A DNA stretch of 36,000 bases from a virus: the IMG/VR virus record IMGVR_UViG_3300002092_000018, positions 1-36,000 of that record, one strand, 5' to 3'. The notes below the pieces were generated by a model, which did no database searches, had not been told where the DNA came from, and saw only the letters and a program-made list of their open reading frames with translations. A program made the translations under genes and the position numbers. Below are positions 22,695 to 32,678 of this stretch, piece after piece (within the stretch, counting starts at the first letter, position 1; each line of letters opens with the position of its first letter).

Positions 22695-23048
22695 ATGGCA
22701 CTCGGCTTAAACAAAATCGTTCTCTCCGGCAACGGTGTCAACGTCCCCGGCGCGTATCTTCAATATACGCAAGTTTCCGCAAACAACGCGACTGTGGTGA
22801 TCCCGGCGGGACTCTACATCATGTTCCCCACGGCAAACGTCACGATTGAATCCGTGTCGGCGTACAACACCAACACGGCTTGCGCGACCCCGGCAACGTG
22901 GTCGACTTGGCTTGCCAACAACACGGGCGGCTTGATTATCTCGGATGGCACGAACACTCGCGCCAACGTGATTGTCGCAACTGCAACCACCATCACGCTG
23001 TCCACGGTGAACGGCGGAACTGCGGTTACAGGCACGTTCAACAGCTAA
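22695..23048 (+). CDS. Beta-rich small virion protein, 117 aa (possible capsid decoration or cement protein)
   Basis: RBS is AAGGAGA. The protein is rich in Thr/Asn/Val/Ala and lies immediately after the capsid gene. Confidence 0.5.
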   Translation: MALGLNKIVLSGNGVNVPGAYLQYTQVSANNATVVIPAGLYIMFPTANVTIESVSAYNTNTACATPATWSTWLANNTGGLIISDGTNTRANVIVATATTITLSTVNGGTAVTGTFNS

Positions 23049-23058
23049 GGGGATCGTC

Positions 23059-23520
23059 ATGGCAAATCCCGATTCGGTTTCCCAAAACACGCAAGACAAT
23101 TTCAGCAATTATTTGCTTGCGCGGATTCGGGCAACTCAACTGAACACCACCGGGAATGCGGCAGTTACCATCCCCATTCTCAGCGGTGGACTGACAAACG
23201 GGGGTGCTGTCGCCAACTCGGGCGGGGTCATTCTGCGGCGCATTACCGTGCAGAACCCCTCCGGAAGCGTTGCCTCTGCAAACGTGGCAATTGCTACGTC
23301 CAACGATGGCAACATTTCCAACGCTGTCGTTGCGAACGTGGTCCTATCCGCCGTTTCTGCTGCTGGTCGGTATCAAGACCTCACCATTAACGGCGCGTTT
23401 GGCGCGAACACAACCGTTTCCGGCAACAACACTTCTGCGCTTTATGTGATCGTCAACACAGCATCCGGCAACGCCAATACCGTTGACATTTGCGTGTGGG
23501 GCGATGTGGTGAATTTCTAA
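23059..23520 (+). CDS. Beta-rich small virion protein, 153 aa (possible decoration protein)
   Basis: RBS is AAGGGGA. Its composition is similar to the preceding gene. Confidence 0.5.
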   Translation: MANPDSVSQNTQDNFSNYLLARIRATQLNTTGNAAVTIPILSGGLTNGGAVANSGGVILRRITVQNPSGSVASANVAIATSNDGNISNAVVANVVLSAVSAAGRYQDLTINGAFGANTTVSGNNTSALYVIVNTASGNANTVDICVWGDVVNF

Positions 23521-23855
23521 TGTCAACGATCTTTGTAACCAACAACTCCGACAAGAAATTGTTGGATGGTTTTGCAGGAGCAAAATATGTGTTTGAGCCG
23601 GGGGAAACGGTAGAAATACCGACTGAGGCGGCACGGCACATTTTTGGTTACGGGGTCGATGACAAGCACCCGCATTTGGTGCGTCTTGGTTGGATAAAAA
23701 CCGAAGAGGATTGGGACGCTGGTGTTGAGCGTCTATCCAATTGGGTCCTTTCCGATCAGCCGCCGAAAAAGAACCAATCCTTATCCCCGTTGGTGGAACG
23801 AGTACCCCTGACATCTGTAAAGAAGTTAGGGGGAAAAGTCCTTAACGCTGCCTAA
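23520..23855 (+). CDS. Hypothetical virion-module protein, 111 aa
   Basis: I prefer the ATG at 23520, which overlaps the upstream stop (TAATG). Confidence 0.5.
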   Translation: MSTIFVTNNSDKKLLDGFAGAKYVFEPGETVEIPTEAARHIFGYGVDDKHPHLVRLGWIKTEEDWDAGVERLSNWVLSDQPPKKNQSLSPLVERVPLTSVKKLGGKVLNAA

Positions 23856-23871
23856 CGATTATGGATCGTAA

Positions 23872-24741
23872 ATGTCGCAAAACTTGTCCGGTTACATTAC
23901 GGAAGTCCGGCGTTTGCTGCATGATGCTACGGGAGTTTTTTATTCCGACTCGCAGCTAACCGACTACATCAATTCCGCACGGGATCGAACCGTGCGCGAC
24001 ACGGGTTGTCTGCGGACGATCCAAGTATCAAACACTCCTGCACCTGTAGCAAACCCGGTCAACGGGGTAACGGCAACCGCGCCTGTGCCGTGGACAGCAA
24101 GCACGGCATTCTCTCTGGATGCCTTTGTTTTTTCCAACATTTTCGTTTATCAAGTCACGCAAGCCGGGACCACGGATGCGACTGCGCCAGCGTACCCAAG
24201 CGGCACAAGCAACTATCCTCCCACGGCGCAATTCCTGAATGGAACGTGCGGACTAACGTATGTTGGAAACTGTGAGCAGATTCCCTATTCGACCCTGCCC
24301 AATGCGGCAAAAACGATTGACATCCTGAACGTCAATTTGTATTGGGGAAATACGCGAGTGCCGCTGGACTACTTGCCGTGGTCCGACTTCAATGCGCGGC
24401 TTCGCTTCTGGCAAAACTACATTGGTCGACCTGTCTGCTTTTCGATTTACGGTCAGAACACGATCTACATTGCTCCCGTGCCGGATCAGGCGTATCAAAT
24501 CGAATTGGACACGGTGATTCAACCGGACGCTCTCTTGTTGTCCGCGCCGACAGTTGCGGATTCGATTGCGGACCCGTTTACCTCTGCTCCCAAATACTAT
24601 GCCGCGCACTTGGCGAAGTTTTACGAGCAGTCGTTTGGTGAGGCTGAAATCTTCAAGCAAGAATATTTGAAGCAGATCACGCAAGTATTGAATTCTGTGT
24701 ACACGCGCCGCATTCCGTCCGTCTACAGCAGTCCCTATTAA
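23872..24741 (+). CDS. Head-tail adaptor (T7 gp11 / tail tubular protein A-like, putative)
   Basis: It is 289 aa and lies directly before the nozzle-like gene. The N-terminal helix ITEVRRLLHD...SDSQLTDYINSARDRTV is typical of connector/adaptor proteins. Confidence 0.5.
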   Translation: MSQNLSGYITEVRRLLHDATGVFYSDSQLTDYINSARDRTVRDTGCLRTIQVSNTPAPVANPVNGVTATAPVPWTASTAFSLDAFVFSNIFVYQVTQAGTTDATAPAYPSGTSNYPPTAQFLNGTCGLTYVGNCEQIPYSTLPNAAKTIDILNVNLYWGNTRVPLDYLPWSDFNARLRFWQNYIGRPVCFSIYGQNTIYIAPVPDQAYQIELDTVIQPDALLLSAPTVADSIADPFTSAPKYYAAHLAKFYEQSFGEAEIFKQEYLKQITQVLNSVYTRRIPSVYSSPY

Positions 24742-24743
24742 TC

Positions 24744-26741
24744 ATGGCGAACGCAGAGCAAAAGAAAAGTTACAAGGTAGTCAAGCAGTTCAAAGGCTTG
24801 AACACCAAGGCGAACCGTACCGCAATCGAAGAGGATGAATTCTCTTGGATTGAAAACGTGCATCCGATTGGTTACGCAAACCTGAAAGTAATTCCGCAGT
24901 CGACAGTTCAGCGCGATTCCGGCAATGCTGCCGTTGTGTTTGCAAACACGGTATCGCACTTGACCTCATGCAACGTGGACATCACGGATTACGTTGTTGT
25001 CTTTGAAGCGGATGGTAGTGCTGAGTGCTTCAACAAAGTTACGCTGACAAAAAGCACAATTGCAGCCGCAGGGACGTTTTCTGGCTCTGGTGTGAAAACA
25101 AGCCAATGGAAAAATGAGAGGATGTTGATCCTTGATCCGTACAAGGGCTATTTCACTTGGGACGGAAACAATGTCGTGTCTGTTGGCTCGGTTGGCATTG
25201 TCGCAATCACGAATGCCGGAACCGGATACACAAGCGCACCAACGGTTGTCATTGGAAGCCCAACGGATGTTCATGGCAGTCAAGCCAATGCCATTGCTGC
25301 CATCACAAGCGGCGCAGTCAGCCTCATATCAATTCAAAACGCCGGGGATGGGTACGGCACTCCCCCGCCTTCGATCACAATTTCTGGAGGCGGCGGCGCG
25401 AACGCTACTGCCATTGCCGGGGTAGTGACCTTTGCGGTTGGCACAGCGTCCGCTGTAGTCGTTTCTGGCGGCACGGGGTACACCAACTCAGCCAACACGG
25501 TTGTTGCCTTCTCAGGGGGCGGCGGAAGCGGCGCAGCGGCAACTGCGGTCCTGCGGGGAGGGCAGATTGCCGGGGTGGTTATCACGAACCCCGGATCGGG
25601 CTATACAAACGCTGCAAACTTGAGCGTGACGGTGACAGGCGGCGGCGGGACAGGCGCGGTACTGAAAGGTATTGTCAACAAGGATACAAACGTAGGAATT
25701 GCCAGCTTTTCAGGTCGAGTGTTTATTGCTGCCGGGAGAACCATCTTTTATTCCGCAGCAGAATCATATTCAGACTTTACAAGCGTGTCTGCCGGGTCGT
25801 TCGTGATGACCGATTCAACCCTGCATGGAAATATTGAGCAGATTCTTTCGGCAAACAATTTCCTGTACATCTTTGGCGATGATTCCATCAACGTCTTTTC
25901 AGATGTGCGCGTTGACGCAACAACTGGCGTTACGCTTTTCACAAATACAAACGTGAGCGCATCTGTTGGGTCCAAACGCGCCAACGCAATTTTCCCGTAC
26001 TTTCGATCTGTTTTGTTTCTCAATGATTATGGGGTGTACGCACTTGTCGGGTCGACAACTTCAAAGCTGTCGGACGCGCTTGATGGGATGTTTCCCAACA
26101 TTGACTTTTCAAGCCCGATTTATGCAGGGCAAGTGTTGCTGAACAACATCTTGTGCGCGGCGTTCAACTTCCGTTATTACGATGCGCAGTTCACGCAAAG
26201 CTATCGCTACATCCAAGCGGTGTTCTTTGAAAAGAAGTGGTTCCTCACAAGTCAGGGGGATAGCATTTCTCTCATCGTGTCTATCCCCGACAACGGGCGC
26301 ATTGACGCATACGGCATTGATGACAAAACGCTTTACGAGTTTTATGACGATGCGACTCTGCCAATTACAAGCCGGGTGCAAACCGCGCTACTGCCAATGG
26401 GCGATAACATCAGGACCAAGCAAGCACTCAAGATGGGTGTCGAGGCAACGTCAAGCAACATTGCCCCGGTTACGATCAATGTCACTTGCGATAGCGAGTC
26501 TGGATCGTCTGCGGCAATCGCTTTGTCAAGTTTGGTTAGCTGGCTCAACCTTAATTTGTTGACCGTAACTTGGACAAACAATTCTGGCACAACCATCGGC
26601 TTTGGCGGAATTGGATATTCGCTATACAAGACGGACGCGCAGCAGTATGGAAAGTATCTCGGCATCACGGTAACATCAGAAAGCCCCGCCTTTGTACAAA
26701 ACGGGTTTGAGTTTGAGCATGAATTAAGAGTGAGGTGGTAA
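24744..26741 (+). CDS. Tail nozzle (T7 gp12 / tail tubular protein B-like) with an inserted four-repeat domain
   Basis: The N-terminal FKGLNTKANRTAIEEDEF and the internal FSGRVFIAAGRTIFYSAAESYSDF parallel T7 gp12 LKGGISQQP and FFRNRLGFLSGENIILSRTAKYFNF. The protein is 665 aa. Confidence 0.65.
   Translation: MANAEQKKSYKVVKQFKGLNTKANRTAIEEDEFSWIENVHPIGYANLKVIPQSTVQRDSGNAAVVFANTVSHLTSCNVDITDYVVVFEADGSAECFNKVTLTKSTIAAAGTFSGSGVKTSQWKNERMLILDPYKGYFTWDGNNVVSVGSVGIVAITNAGTGYTSAPTVVIGSPTDVHGSQANAIAAITSGAVSLISIQNAGDGYGTPPPSITISGGGGANATAIAGVVTFAVGTASAVVVSGGTGYTNSANTVVAFSGGGGSGAAATAVLRGGQIAGVVITNPGSGYTNAANLSVTVTGGGGTGAVLKGIVNKDTNVGIASFSGRVFIAAGRTIFYSAAESYSDFTSVSAGSFVMTDSTLHGNIEQILSANNFLYIFGDDSINVFSDVRVDATTGVTLFTNTNVSASVGSKRANAIFPYFRSVLFLNDYGVYALVGSTTSKLSDALDGMFPNIDFSSPIYAGQVLLNNILCAAFNFRYYDAQFTQSYRYIQAVFFEKKWFLTSQGDSISLIVSIPDNGRIDAYGIDDKTLYEFYDDATLPITSRVQTALLPMGDNIRTKQALKMGVEATSSNIAPVTINVTCDSESGSSAAIALSSLVSWLNLNLLTVTWTNNSGTTIGFGGIGYSLYKTDAQQYGKYLGITVTSESPAFVQNGFEFEHELRVRW
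25191..25667 (+). repeat. Four tandem coding repeats of about 40-45 aa, consensus [IV]x[IV]xNxGxGYTxxPx[VI]x[IV]xGGGG
   Basis: The repeat cores are ITNAGTGYTSAPTVVIGSP, IQNAGDGYGTPPPSITISGGGG, VSGGTGYTNSANTVVAFSGGGGSG and ITNPGSGYTNAANLSVTVTGGGGTG. Confidence 0.8.
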
Positions 26742-28094
26742 ATGACCGGGGTCCCGAATACTTTCGCCAACGCAGCAACGTCAATCCCGCTGGCGCAGTT
26801 GGATCAAAACTTTGCAACGCCAATCACGCTTGGCAATGCAACGGTTACGCTTGGCGGATCGCTGTCGACCATCGGCAATCTCACTCTGACGAATGTCACG
26901 TTGACAAGCCTTGCTTCTGCTTTGACCGCAGCGTTTGGCGGCACAGGCTTGACAAGCCCCGGATCAAGCGGCAACGTCCTTACGTCTGACGGTTCTGGAA
27001 ATTGGGCAAGCATTGCCCCTGTATTGCCCGGTGGATTTGCTTGGCAGTCCGTCAAGACATCTGCATTTGCTGGCGTGACCAAGTGCGGGTATCCGGTCAA
27101 CACGACAGGCGGCGCAATCACGGCAACGCTTTCAGCCTCGCCCACGGCTGGCGATTACATGACGTTCGTTGACTATGCGCGGACGTTTGCAACCAACGCG
27201 CTGACCATCGACCCCAACGGCGGCAAGATCAATTCTGTTGCAAGCACTACGGTCCTGAACACAAACGGCGCATCCGTGTCGATTGTTTATGTCGATGCAA
27301 CGCAAGGATGGATTGCCTATTCGGGATTCTCTTCGTCCCCTATCGGCGCGTACTCCGCAAATTACTTGGTTGTTGCTGGCGGCGGCGGCGGCGGCAAAGG
27401 ATTTGTTGGAGTCGATAACGGCGCGGGTGGCGGCGCGGGTGGGACCTTGCCCGGTTCGTATTCTTTTGTTCCCGGCGTTGCCTATACCATCACCGTAGGA
27501 CAGGGCGGCGCAAGCGACAACAACGGAAACAACTCTTCTATCTCAGGCGTTGCAACTGCAATCGGCGGTGGTCGCGGTGCAAGCCAAGCTCTAGCAAATC
27601 CCTCTGGCAATGGTGGGAGTGGCGGCGGCGGTGCTGGCGGTTATTCGCCCGGAACGGGTACGGCAGGGCAGGGATTCGCTGGCGGCACAAACGCAGCGAC
27701 ATACGCAGGCGGCGGCGGCGGTGCGGGTGGGGTTGGCGGCAACGGGGTCGGCGGCACAAAGGGCGGTGACGGTGGCATTGGCGTATCCAGTTCGATCAGC
27801 GGATCAGCGGTGTACTACGGTGGCGGTGGCGGCGGCGGTGCTGCGGTTGGTGGTTCTGGTGGTCTTGGTGGTGGTGGCGCAGGGACTACCAACGCAGGGG
27901 TCGCAGCTACCGCGAATACCGGCGGCGGCGGGGGTGGCGGCGGCGCAACGTCAGGTGGCCTTGGTGGCGCGGGTGGGTCGGGCGTTGTCATCATTGCCTA
28001 TCCGGGCGCACAGCGCGGCACAGGCGGCACGATCACAACGGCGGGTGGGTACACTATCCACACTTTCACAAGCAACGGCACATTCAACGCATAA
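26742..28094 (+). CDS. Tail fibre protein with a glycine-rich domain
   Basis: The roughly 220-aa Gly-rich region starts YLVVAGGGGGG...TITVGQGG... and ends GSGVVIIAYPG...GGYTIHTFTSNGTFNA. This is characteristic of the phage glycine-rich fibre domain. Confidence 0.7.
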   Translation: MTGVPNTFANAATSIPLAQLDQNFATPITLGNATVTLGGSLSTIGNLTLTNVTLTSLASALTAAFGGTGLTSPGSSGNVLTSDGSGNWASIAPVLPGGFAWQSVKTSAFAGVTKCGYPVNTTGGAITATLSASPTAGDYMTFVDYARTFATNALTIDPNGGKINSVASTTVLNTNGASVSIVYVDATQGWIAYSGFSSSPIGAYSANYLVVAGGGGGGKGFVGVDNGAGGGAGGTLPGSYSFVPGVAYTITVGQGGASDNNGNNSSISGVATAIGGGRGASQALANPSGNGGSGGGGAGGYSPGTGTAGQGFAGGTNAATYAGGGGGAGGVGGNGVGGTKGGDGGIGVSSSISGSAVYYGGGGGGGAAVGGSGGLGGGGAGTTNAGVAATANTGGGGGGGGATSGGLGGAGGSGVVIIAYPGAQRGTGGTITTAGGYTIHTFTSNGTFNA

Positions 28095-28103
28095 GGAAGC
28101 ATC

Positions 28104-28430
28104 ATGGGACTTCAAGCATTTACCCCGATGGGGAATACTGTCACGTTTCTCGCTGCATCTTCCCCGCCGACTCCGGTTCAGGGCGTATCGTCTACGGGCG
28201 GGGCAAACCAGTATCTTGTGCAGAATTCGGGCGCAAGCATCGTGATGCTCGGCGTTGGCACAACGGCTGCTCTTGCCACAACCAATTCGGCAAACGTCAC
28301 AAGCACGGGTGCTGCAATCCCGTTGCTTCCATACACTACGCAAGTGTTTTCGTTTGCCCCCGGCGCGTACTTCACGGGCTATTGCGGAGCAACTTCACAG
28401 GTGTACATTACGCCCGGTGACGGTTCCTAA
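28104..28430 (+). CDS. Hypothetical tail-module protein, 108 aa
   Basis: RBS is AAGGAAG. The composition is beta-rich. Confidence 0.5.
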   Translation: MGLQAFTPMGNTVTFLAASSPPTPVQGVSSTGGANQYLVQNSGASIVMLGVGTTAALATTNSANVTSTGAAIPLLPYTTQVFSFAPGAYFTGYCGATSQVYITPGDGS

Positions 28431-28442
28431 TGGAGCGCAATA

Positions 28443-30155
28443 ATGCGTAGAGGCAACGCACGTTTTGGGAAGAGATCGTCCGGCTATCAAAATATGCTGT
28501 ACGAGATCATCCTCGGCGCATTCTCAGGTGGCGCACCGGGCTGGCTGTACGACGACAGCCGCATGGACACGCTGTATCAGGACTCTGCGGGTACAACGCC
28601 TGTAACCGCGCTTGAGCAGCCTGTGGGCTTGCAGCTTGATCTGTCGCAGGGGTTGGTGCTTGGTAGTGAGTTGATTACTCCTGCTGCAAACCGTGATTTC
28701 AGCAGCAATACTGGGTATTGGAGTCTCAATACCAACGTAACAATAGCCAATAATGCTTTGACATTTATTGCCAGCGGAAACACTTTCGGCGCAAGTCACA
28801 ATTCAATCTGTACGCCGGGGTCGGTCTACCAGATTACATACACGATTGGCACATTGTCATCGGGTGGTTTTCAAATCGAGTGCGGCGGCAACGTTACGCA
28901 GGTTCGTAGCGCAGTTGGGACTTACGTTGAAACTATTCTTTGCGGAAGCACAGGATCAGGGCGTATTTATCCTTGGTCTGTGGGCGCGTCAACTACCGGA
29001 ACGATTACAAGCATCTCCGTCAAGAAACTCGCAGGCAACCACCGCTACCAGCCCACCAGCGCGAACCGTCCAACTTGGTCGGCGCGGTATAACTTGCTGA
29101 CTAAGACGGAGCAGTTTGATAACGCAGCATGGAGTAAGTCAGGAACGGCGGGTGGTTCTGCGCCTGTCGTTACCGCCGATCAAACTATTGCTCCTGACGG
29201 GACGTTGACAGCAGACAAGGTCGTGTTTGCCGCGCCCACCAGCGGCGATCGTTCAACGCTTTCTCAAGCGTTTACTTCGACTACGGGATTCTCGTACAAA
29301 GGCGGCTTGTATGCGATGGCGTTTGCCGCCGGAGATATTGGCAAGACGATCATATTCCGTCAGGCTGGCGCAGCAGGGTATACGTCGATCACGTTGACTG
29401 CGGCGTGGCAACGGGTTCTCAGTACGGAAACAAGCGCAGGCGGTGGATTTGAAATCGCATTGCGCCCTGATTCAGGTTCATCTTCAGGTACGGTTTCTTG
29501 TTACCTATGGGGTGCTGATGCACGAAGTGCCGACCAGTCCAATACCCTGATCCCGACCTATCAGCGCGTGAACACCAGTACCGACTATGCGGGGCCGGAA
29601 GCAGGCTTCCCCGCCGGACTGAGGTGGAATGGCTCAAATAGCTGGATGCAGAACGCAAGCGTGGACTTCAGCGGGACGAATAAGGTCAGCGTGTTTGTGG
29701 GGGTGAGGAAGCAGAGTGATGCGGCCTTTGCCATTCTGAGCGAACTCAGCACAACGGTGGCTAACGCAGGAACATTTTCGCTATACGCGCCGAACTCTGC
29801 GGGGACGTATGTATTTGCGCTAAATGGCACAGCTTTATCCGGTCAAACCGCAACGACATTCACCGCCCCGATAACCAATGTTTTGTCTGTTGCGTATGAC
29901 ATTTCACAATCGACTGCTGCGCTTGAAACTATTCCGAAAGTAAATGGTATTACGCCAACCCTTGCGCTGTTTGGCGCAGCAAGTGCGGGGACAGGCAATT
30001 TCATAGCCGCCCCCACCTACTTCGGCGCACGAGCAGGATCAAGCGCGTTCTTCAACGGCCTCACTTTCAGCAACATCGCCATCGGGATCGCGCTGAGTGC
30101 GAGTCAGATTGCGGCGTTTGAAAGTTGGTCTAACGCACGCGCTCGCGCCTATTGA
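28443..30155 (+). CDS. Tail fibre / receptor-binding protein with CBM-like and LamG/ConA-like jelly-roll domains (inferred)
   Basis: The motif TEQFDNAAWSKSG...IAPDGTLTADKV is typical of carbohydrate-binding phage fibre modules. The C-terminal LRWNGSNSWMQ...FVGVRK... looks lectin-like. Confidence 0.6.
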   Translation: MRRGNARFGKRSSGYQNMLYEIILGAFSGGAPGWLYDDSRMDTLYQDSAGTTPVTALEQPVGLQLDLSQGLVLGSELITPAANRDFSSNTGYWSLNTNVTIANNALTFIASGNTFGASHNSICTPGSVYQITYTIGTLSSGGFQIECGGNVTQVRSAVGTYVETILCGSTGSGRIYPWSVGASTTGTITSISVKKLAGNHRYQPTSANRPTWSARYNLLTKTEQFDNAAWSKSGTAGGSAPVVTADQTIAPDGTLTADKVVFAAPTSGDRSTLSQAFTSTTGFSYKGGLYAMAFAAGDIGKTIIFRQAGAAGYTSITLTAAWQRVLSTETSAGGGFEIALRPDSGSSSGTVSCYLWGADARSADQSNTLIPTYQRVNTSTDYAGPEAGFPAGLRWNGSNSWMQNASVDFSGTNKVSVFVGVRKQSDAAFAILSELSTTVANAGTFSLYAPNSAGTYVFALNGTALSGQTATTFTAPITNVLSVAYDISQSTAALETIPKVNGITPTLALFGAASAGTGNFIAAPTYFGARAGSSAFFNGLTFSNIAIGIALSASQIAAFESWSNARARAY

Positions 30156-30171
30156 GTCCCAAGGATAAAAC

Positions 30172-30468
30172 ATGACCGACACCACACAAAATTGGGTATC
30201 TGCAACCGTCCTGATCGCCGCTGCTGACCAGCAAGGTGTACAGACTGCGCTTGCCGATCCCACGCTATTCGTCACCCCCGCAAGCCCAACGGGTCAGGAA
30301 CCGGCAACGGCGATGTTCACCTCCGGGCCGTTTGCCTGTTCGCTGATGGACGAAATGACCGCAAAGTCGTTTCCGTTCAATATTCATGTGCGTGACCCCG
30401 ATTGGCAAGTCGCACTCGCGGGTGAGGGGTTGGTGATGATTGTGCCGACTGATCCGATGGCGGGCTAA
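30172..30468 (+). CDS. Hypothetical protein, 98 aa
   Basis: RBS is AAGGA. It is on the same strand after the fibre gene. Confidence 0.5.
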   Translation: MTDTTQNWVSATVLIAAADQQGVQTALADPTLFVTPASPTGQEPATAMFTSGPFACSLMDEMTAKSFPFNIHVRDPDWQVALAGEGLVMIVPTDPMAG

Positions 30469-30477
30469 AGGATGCTC

Positions 30478-30732
30478 ATGGAACCTCAGACAATCATCAA
30501 TAGCGCGTTTGCTTTGATTGGTGGATTAGGTGGATTCATCCTGAATCGCGTATGGGAAGCCTTAAAAGACCTTCAATCAGCAGATAAAATCTTATCCGAA
30601 AAGGTTGGGTCCATTGAGGTGCTTGTGGCGGGGAATTATGTGTCTAGGGACGAATTCAACAAGTCAATTCTTGCCGTTTTTAACAAACTGGACCGCATTG
30701 AGGACAAGTTGGATCACAAGGTGGACAAATAG
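30478..30732 (+). CDS. Membrane-anchored coiled-coil protein, 84 aa
   Basis: I prefer the ATG at 30478, since AAGGA lies 5 nt upstream and the ATG at 30472 overlaps the RBS. One N-terminal TM segment is present (INSAFALIGGLGGFIL), followed by a charged helical region. The topology resembles an i-spanin, but no o-spanin partner was seen. Confidence 0.5.
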   Translation: MEPQTIINSAFALIGGLGGFILNRVWEALKDLQSADKILSEKVGSIEVLVAGNYVSRDEFNKSILAVFNKLDRIEDKLDHKVDK

Positions 30733-31082
30733 TGAATATGTCATCCCTTTCGATTGTGACTTTTGGAGATATTGAATCGCTGGATGAGTTTTTGTTTGAA
30801 AACGGGCTTCAGCACAAGATGTTTCGTGAAACATTCATGTCGCAAGGGATAATCACCCCGGCATACGACTTATTTGACGCAAACCCGGACAATTTGGATG
30901 ATTGGTTGCTCTCGCACAGCGATGAACACACTTCATTTGCAAGTTTGTTGGGGCTTAACAACCCGGTGAATATGCTTGATGTGGACTTCAATGTTGAGGC
31001 TGATTTTTACGATTGGCTTGCGTCCCATCTGTACATTCATCAACAAATTGCGAGTGTCTTGGGTATAAGTTCGACAGGTTGA
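30732..31082 (+). CDS. Hypothetical acidic protein, 116 aa
   Basis: The GTG start overlaps the upstream stop. An alternative ATG lies at 30738. Confidence 0.5.
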   Translation: MNMSSLSIVTFGDIESLDEFLFENGLQHKMFRETFMSQGIITPAYDLFDANPDNLDDWLLSHSDEHTSFASLLGLNNPVNMLDVDFNVEADFYDWLASHLYIHQQIASVLGISSTG

Positions 31083-31124
31083 AAAACTCTTCCCCCCCTT
31101 CAGAAAAAATCGGTTTTTGGAAAA

Positions 31125-32678
31125 ATGGACCCTTCACTACAACAGCAATACGGAATACCGATTGGGTCTTATTACGACTCCGGTAGTGGCTATGTTGTAG
31201 ACACTTGGGGCAACCCTTTAGGGACTCCTGAACAGTTTGGCGGAACGCAGCCAAATGGACCGGGCGGGGAGTGGACATTTCCGACTCAAGCATACGTTGA
31301 ATCGCCTCAGTATGGTCAAGTGCAAGTCAATGCGTCTGCACAACAACCCGCTGCCGCCAATATCGGTGATTTCACGACAGGCGCGAACGCGCTGCAACAA
31401 CAAGGCTTGTATCCCGGTCCCACGGACTATGAGGGAGTGTCGACCACGTTCTATGACAGGAATGGCAAACTTGCCTACTGGTATGGGGACATGGCGGCTG
31501 GTGGATCGACAACGCACGATTCAGGCTCTTTTGGATGGCATAGCGTCAACGAGTTGCAGCCACAGCAAGGAATCGACTCAAGCGGCAATACGGTTACGTT
31601 TACGCCCAATCCTCGGGTGGCAAAAGCCAAAGAAGAGGACCCGCAGCTAAAGACAGGCATTACGGGCGCGGCTGGTGTGCTGGCAAGCGTTCTTGCGCCT
31701 GAAATCTTGCCGGGATTGATTGGCTCAGTCGGATCGTCCATATCGGAAGCATTTTCGGTTTCTGCTGAAACGGCGAAAGCAATTGCGACTGCGGTAGTGA
31801 AAGGAGTTCAAGGCTCTCTCACAAGCGCACTTGGCGGCGCAAGCCTGTCATCCGCACTTGAAAGCGGCGCAATATCTTCCATGTTGCCATCTGTTGCGCA
31901 AGGCGTGTCGGATAGCCTCACAAGCATGGGCATATCCGCAGAAACGGCAAAATCGCTTACGGGCGTTGCAATGCAGACAATGAGTGGTGCGCTCAAGGGA
32001 GGCTTGTCAGGCGGCGCACAGGGCGCGGAAATTGGCGCGTTGACAGGTGCAGCAACAGGCGCGGCGGGTGAGGCTGCGGGTGCGCTAGGATCGTCTGCAA
32101 TGCAGGAATTTAACCCTCCGCAAACGATGGAGTTCTTGGGGACCGAATATGTTCTTGATGATGAGGGAAATTTTGTCCTGAATCAAAAAGGCGATCCCAT
32201 GACGCTGCAAGAATATCAGGACACAAACAAGCAAGCGTTTTCCACCTTTGCACAAAAGGTTGGTGCGCCATTTATTTCGCAAGACGTTTCCAACTTGTTT
32301 GCAACCCCCGCTGAACCGCAATCGCAAAGATCATCAACAACGACATCAAGCGGCGCATATTCGTCAAATGCGCCAGCATCGTCCAAGGCTTCTGCATCTT
32401 CACCAACGCCAACGCCAACGATGACGGGTAATGCCGTTTATTCGACCCCGACATTTAGCACGGGCGGAAGTACACTTACAGGCTCACCATCTACGCAACA
32501 GGGAGCACCGGGAACTCAAGCATTGGCTCAGGCATTGAACATTGGCAATCCGGCAAGCGCGACAAGTGACACGGGCGATAGCAGCACAACAAACGAAAGT
32601 GGCGGCAAGCAACAAAATGTTTGGAACACAGCGTCATTGAAAGTGAAAGACGCTATCGGGAGTCAGGAAAATGTCTAA
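31125..32678 (+). CDS. Internal virion / ejection protein 1, 517 aa, low complexity
   Basis: A central Gly/Ala/Ser-rich amphipathic region is present (GITGAAGVLASVLAPEILPGLIGSVG...), with a Ser/Thr/Pro-rich tail. Confidence 0.55.
   Translation: MDPSLQQQYGIPIGSYYDSGSGYVVDTWGNPLGTPEQFGGTQPNGPGGEWTFPTQAYVESPQYGQVQVNASAQQPAAANIGDFTTGANALQQQGLYPGPTDYEGVSTTFYDRNGKLAYWYGDMAAGGSTTHDSGSFGWHSVNELQPQQGIDSSGNTVTFTPNPRVAKAKEEDPQLKTGITGAAGVLASVLAPEILPGLIGSVGSSISEAFSVSAETAKAIATAVVKGVQGSLTSALGGASLSSALESGAISSMLPSVAQGVSDSLTSMGISAETAKSLTGVAMQTMSGALKGGLSGGAQGAEIGALTGAATGAAGEAAGALGSSAMQEFNPPQTMEFLGTEYVLDDEGNFVLNQKGDPMTLQEYQDTNKQAFSTFAQKVGAPFISQDVSNLFATPAEPQSQRSSTTTSSGAYSSNAPASSKASASSPTPTPTMTGNAVYSTPTFSTGGSTLTGSPSTQQGAPGTQALAQALNIGNPASATSDTGDSSTTNESGGKQQNVWNTASLKVKDAIGSQENV

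Noticed and set aside
27610-28245. A 211-aa alternative-frame plus-strand ORF inside the glycine-rich fibre gene. The same applies to 25157..25837 inside the nozzle gene.
   Set aside because: They arise from GGC/GCG repeat runs being open in several frames. The main frames have recognisable fibre and nozzle motifs and coupled starts.
26742-30155. A diversity-generating retroelement, considered because some podoviruses with similar capsid and cement gene layouts (BPP-1-like) have one acting on a fibre gene.
   Set aside because: No reverse transcriptase ORF is present, and I saw no template/variable repeat pair downstream of the fibre genes.
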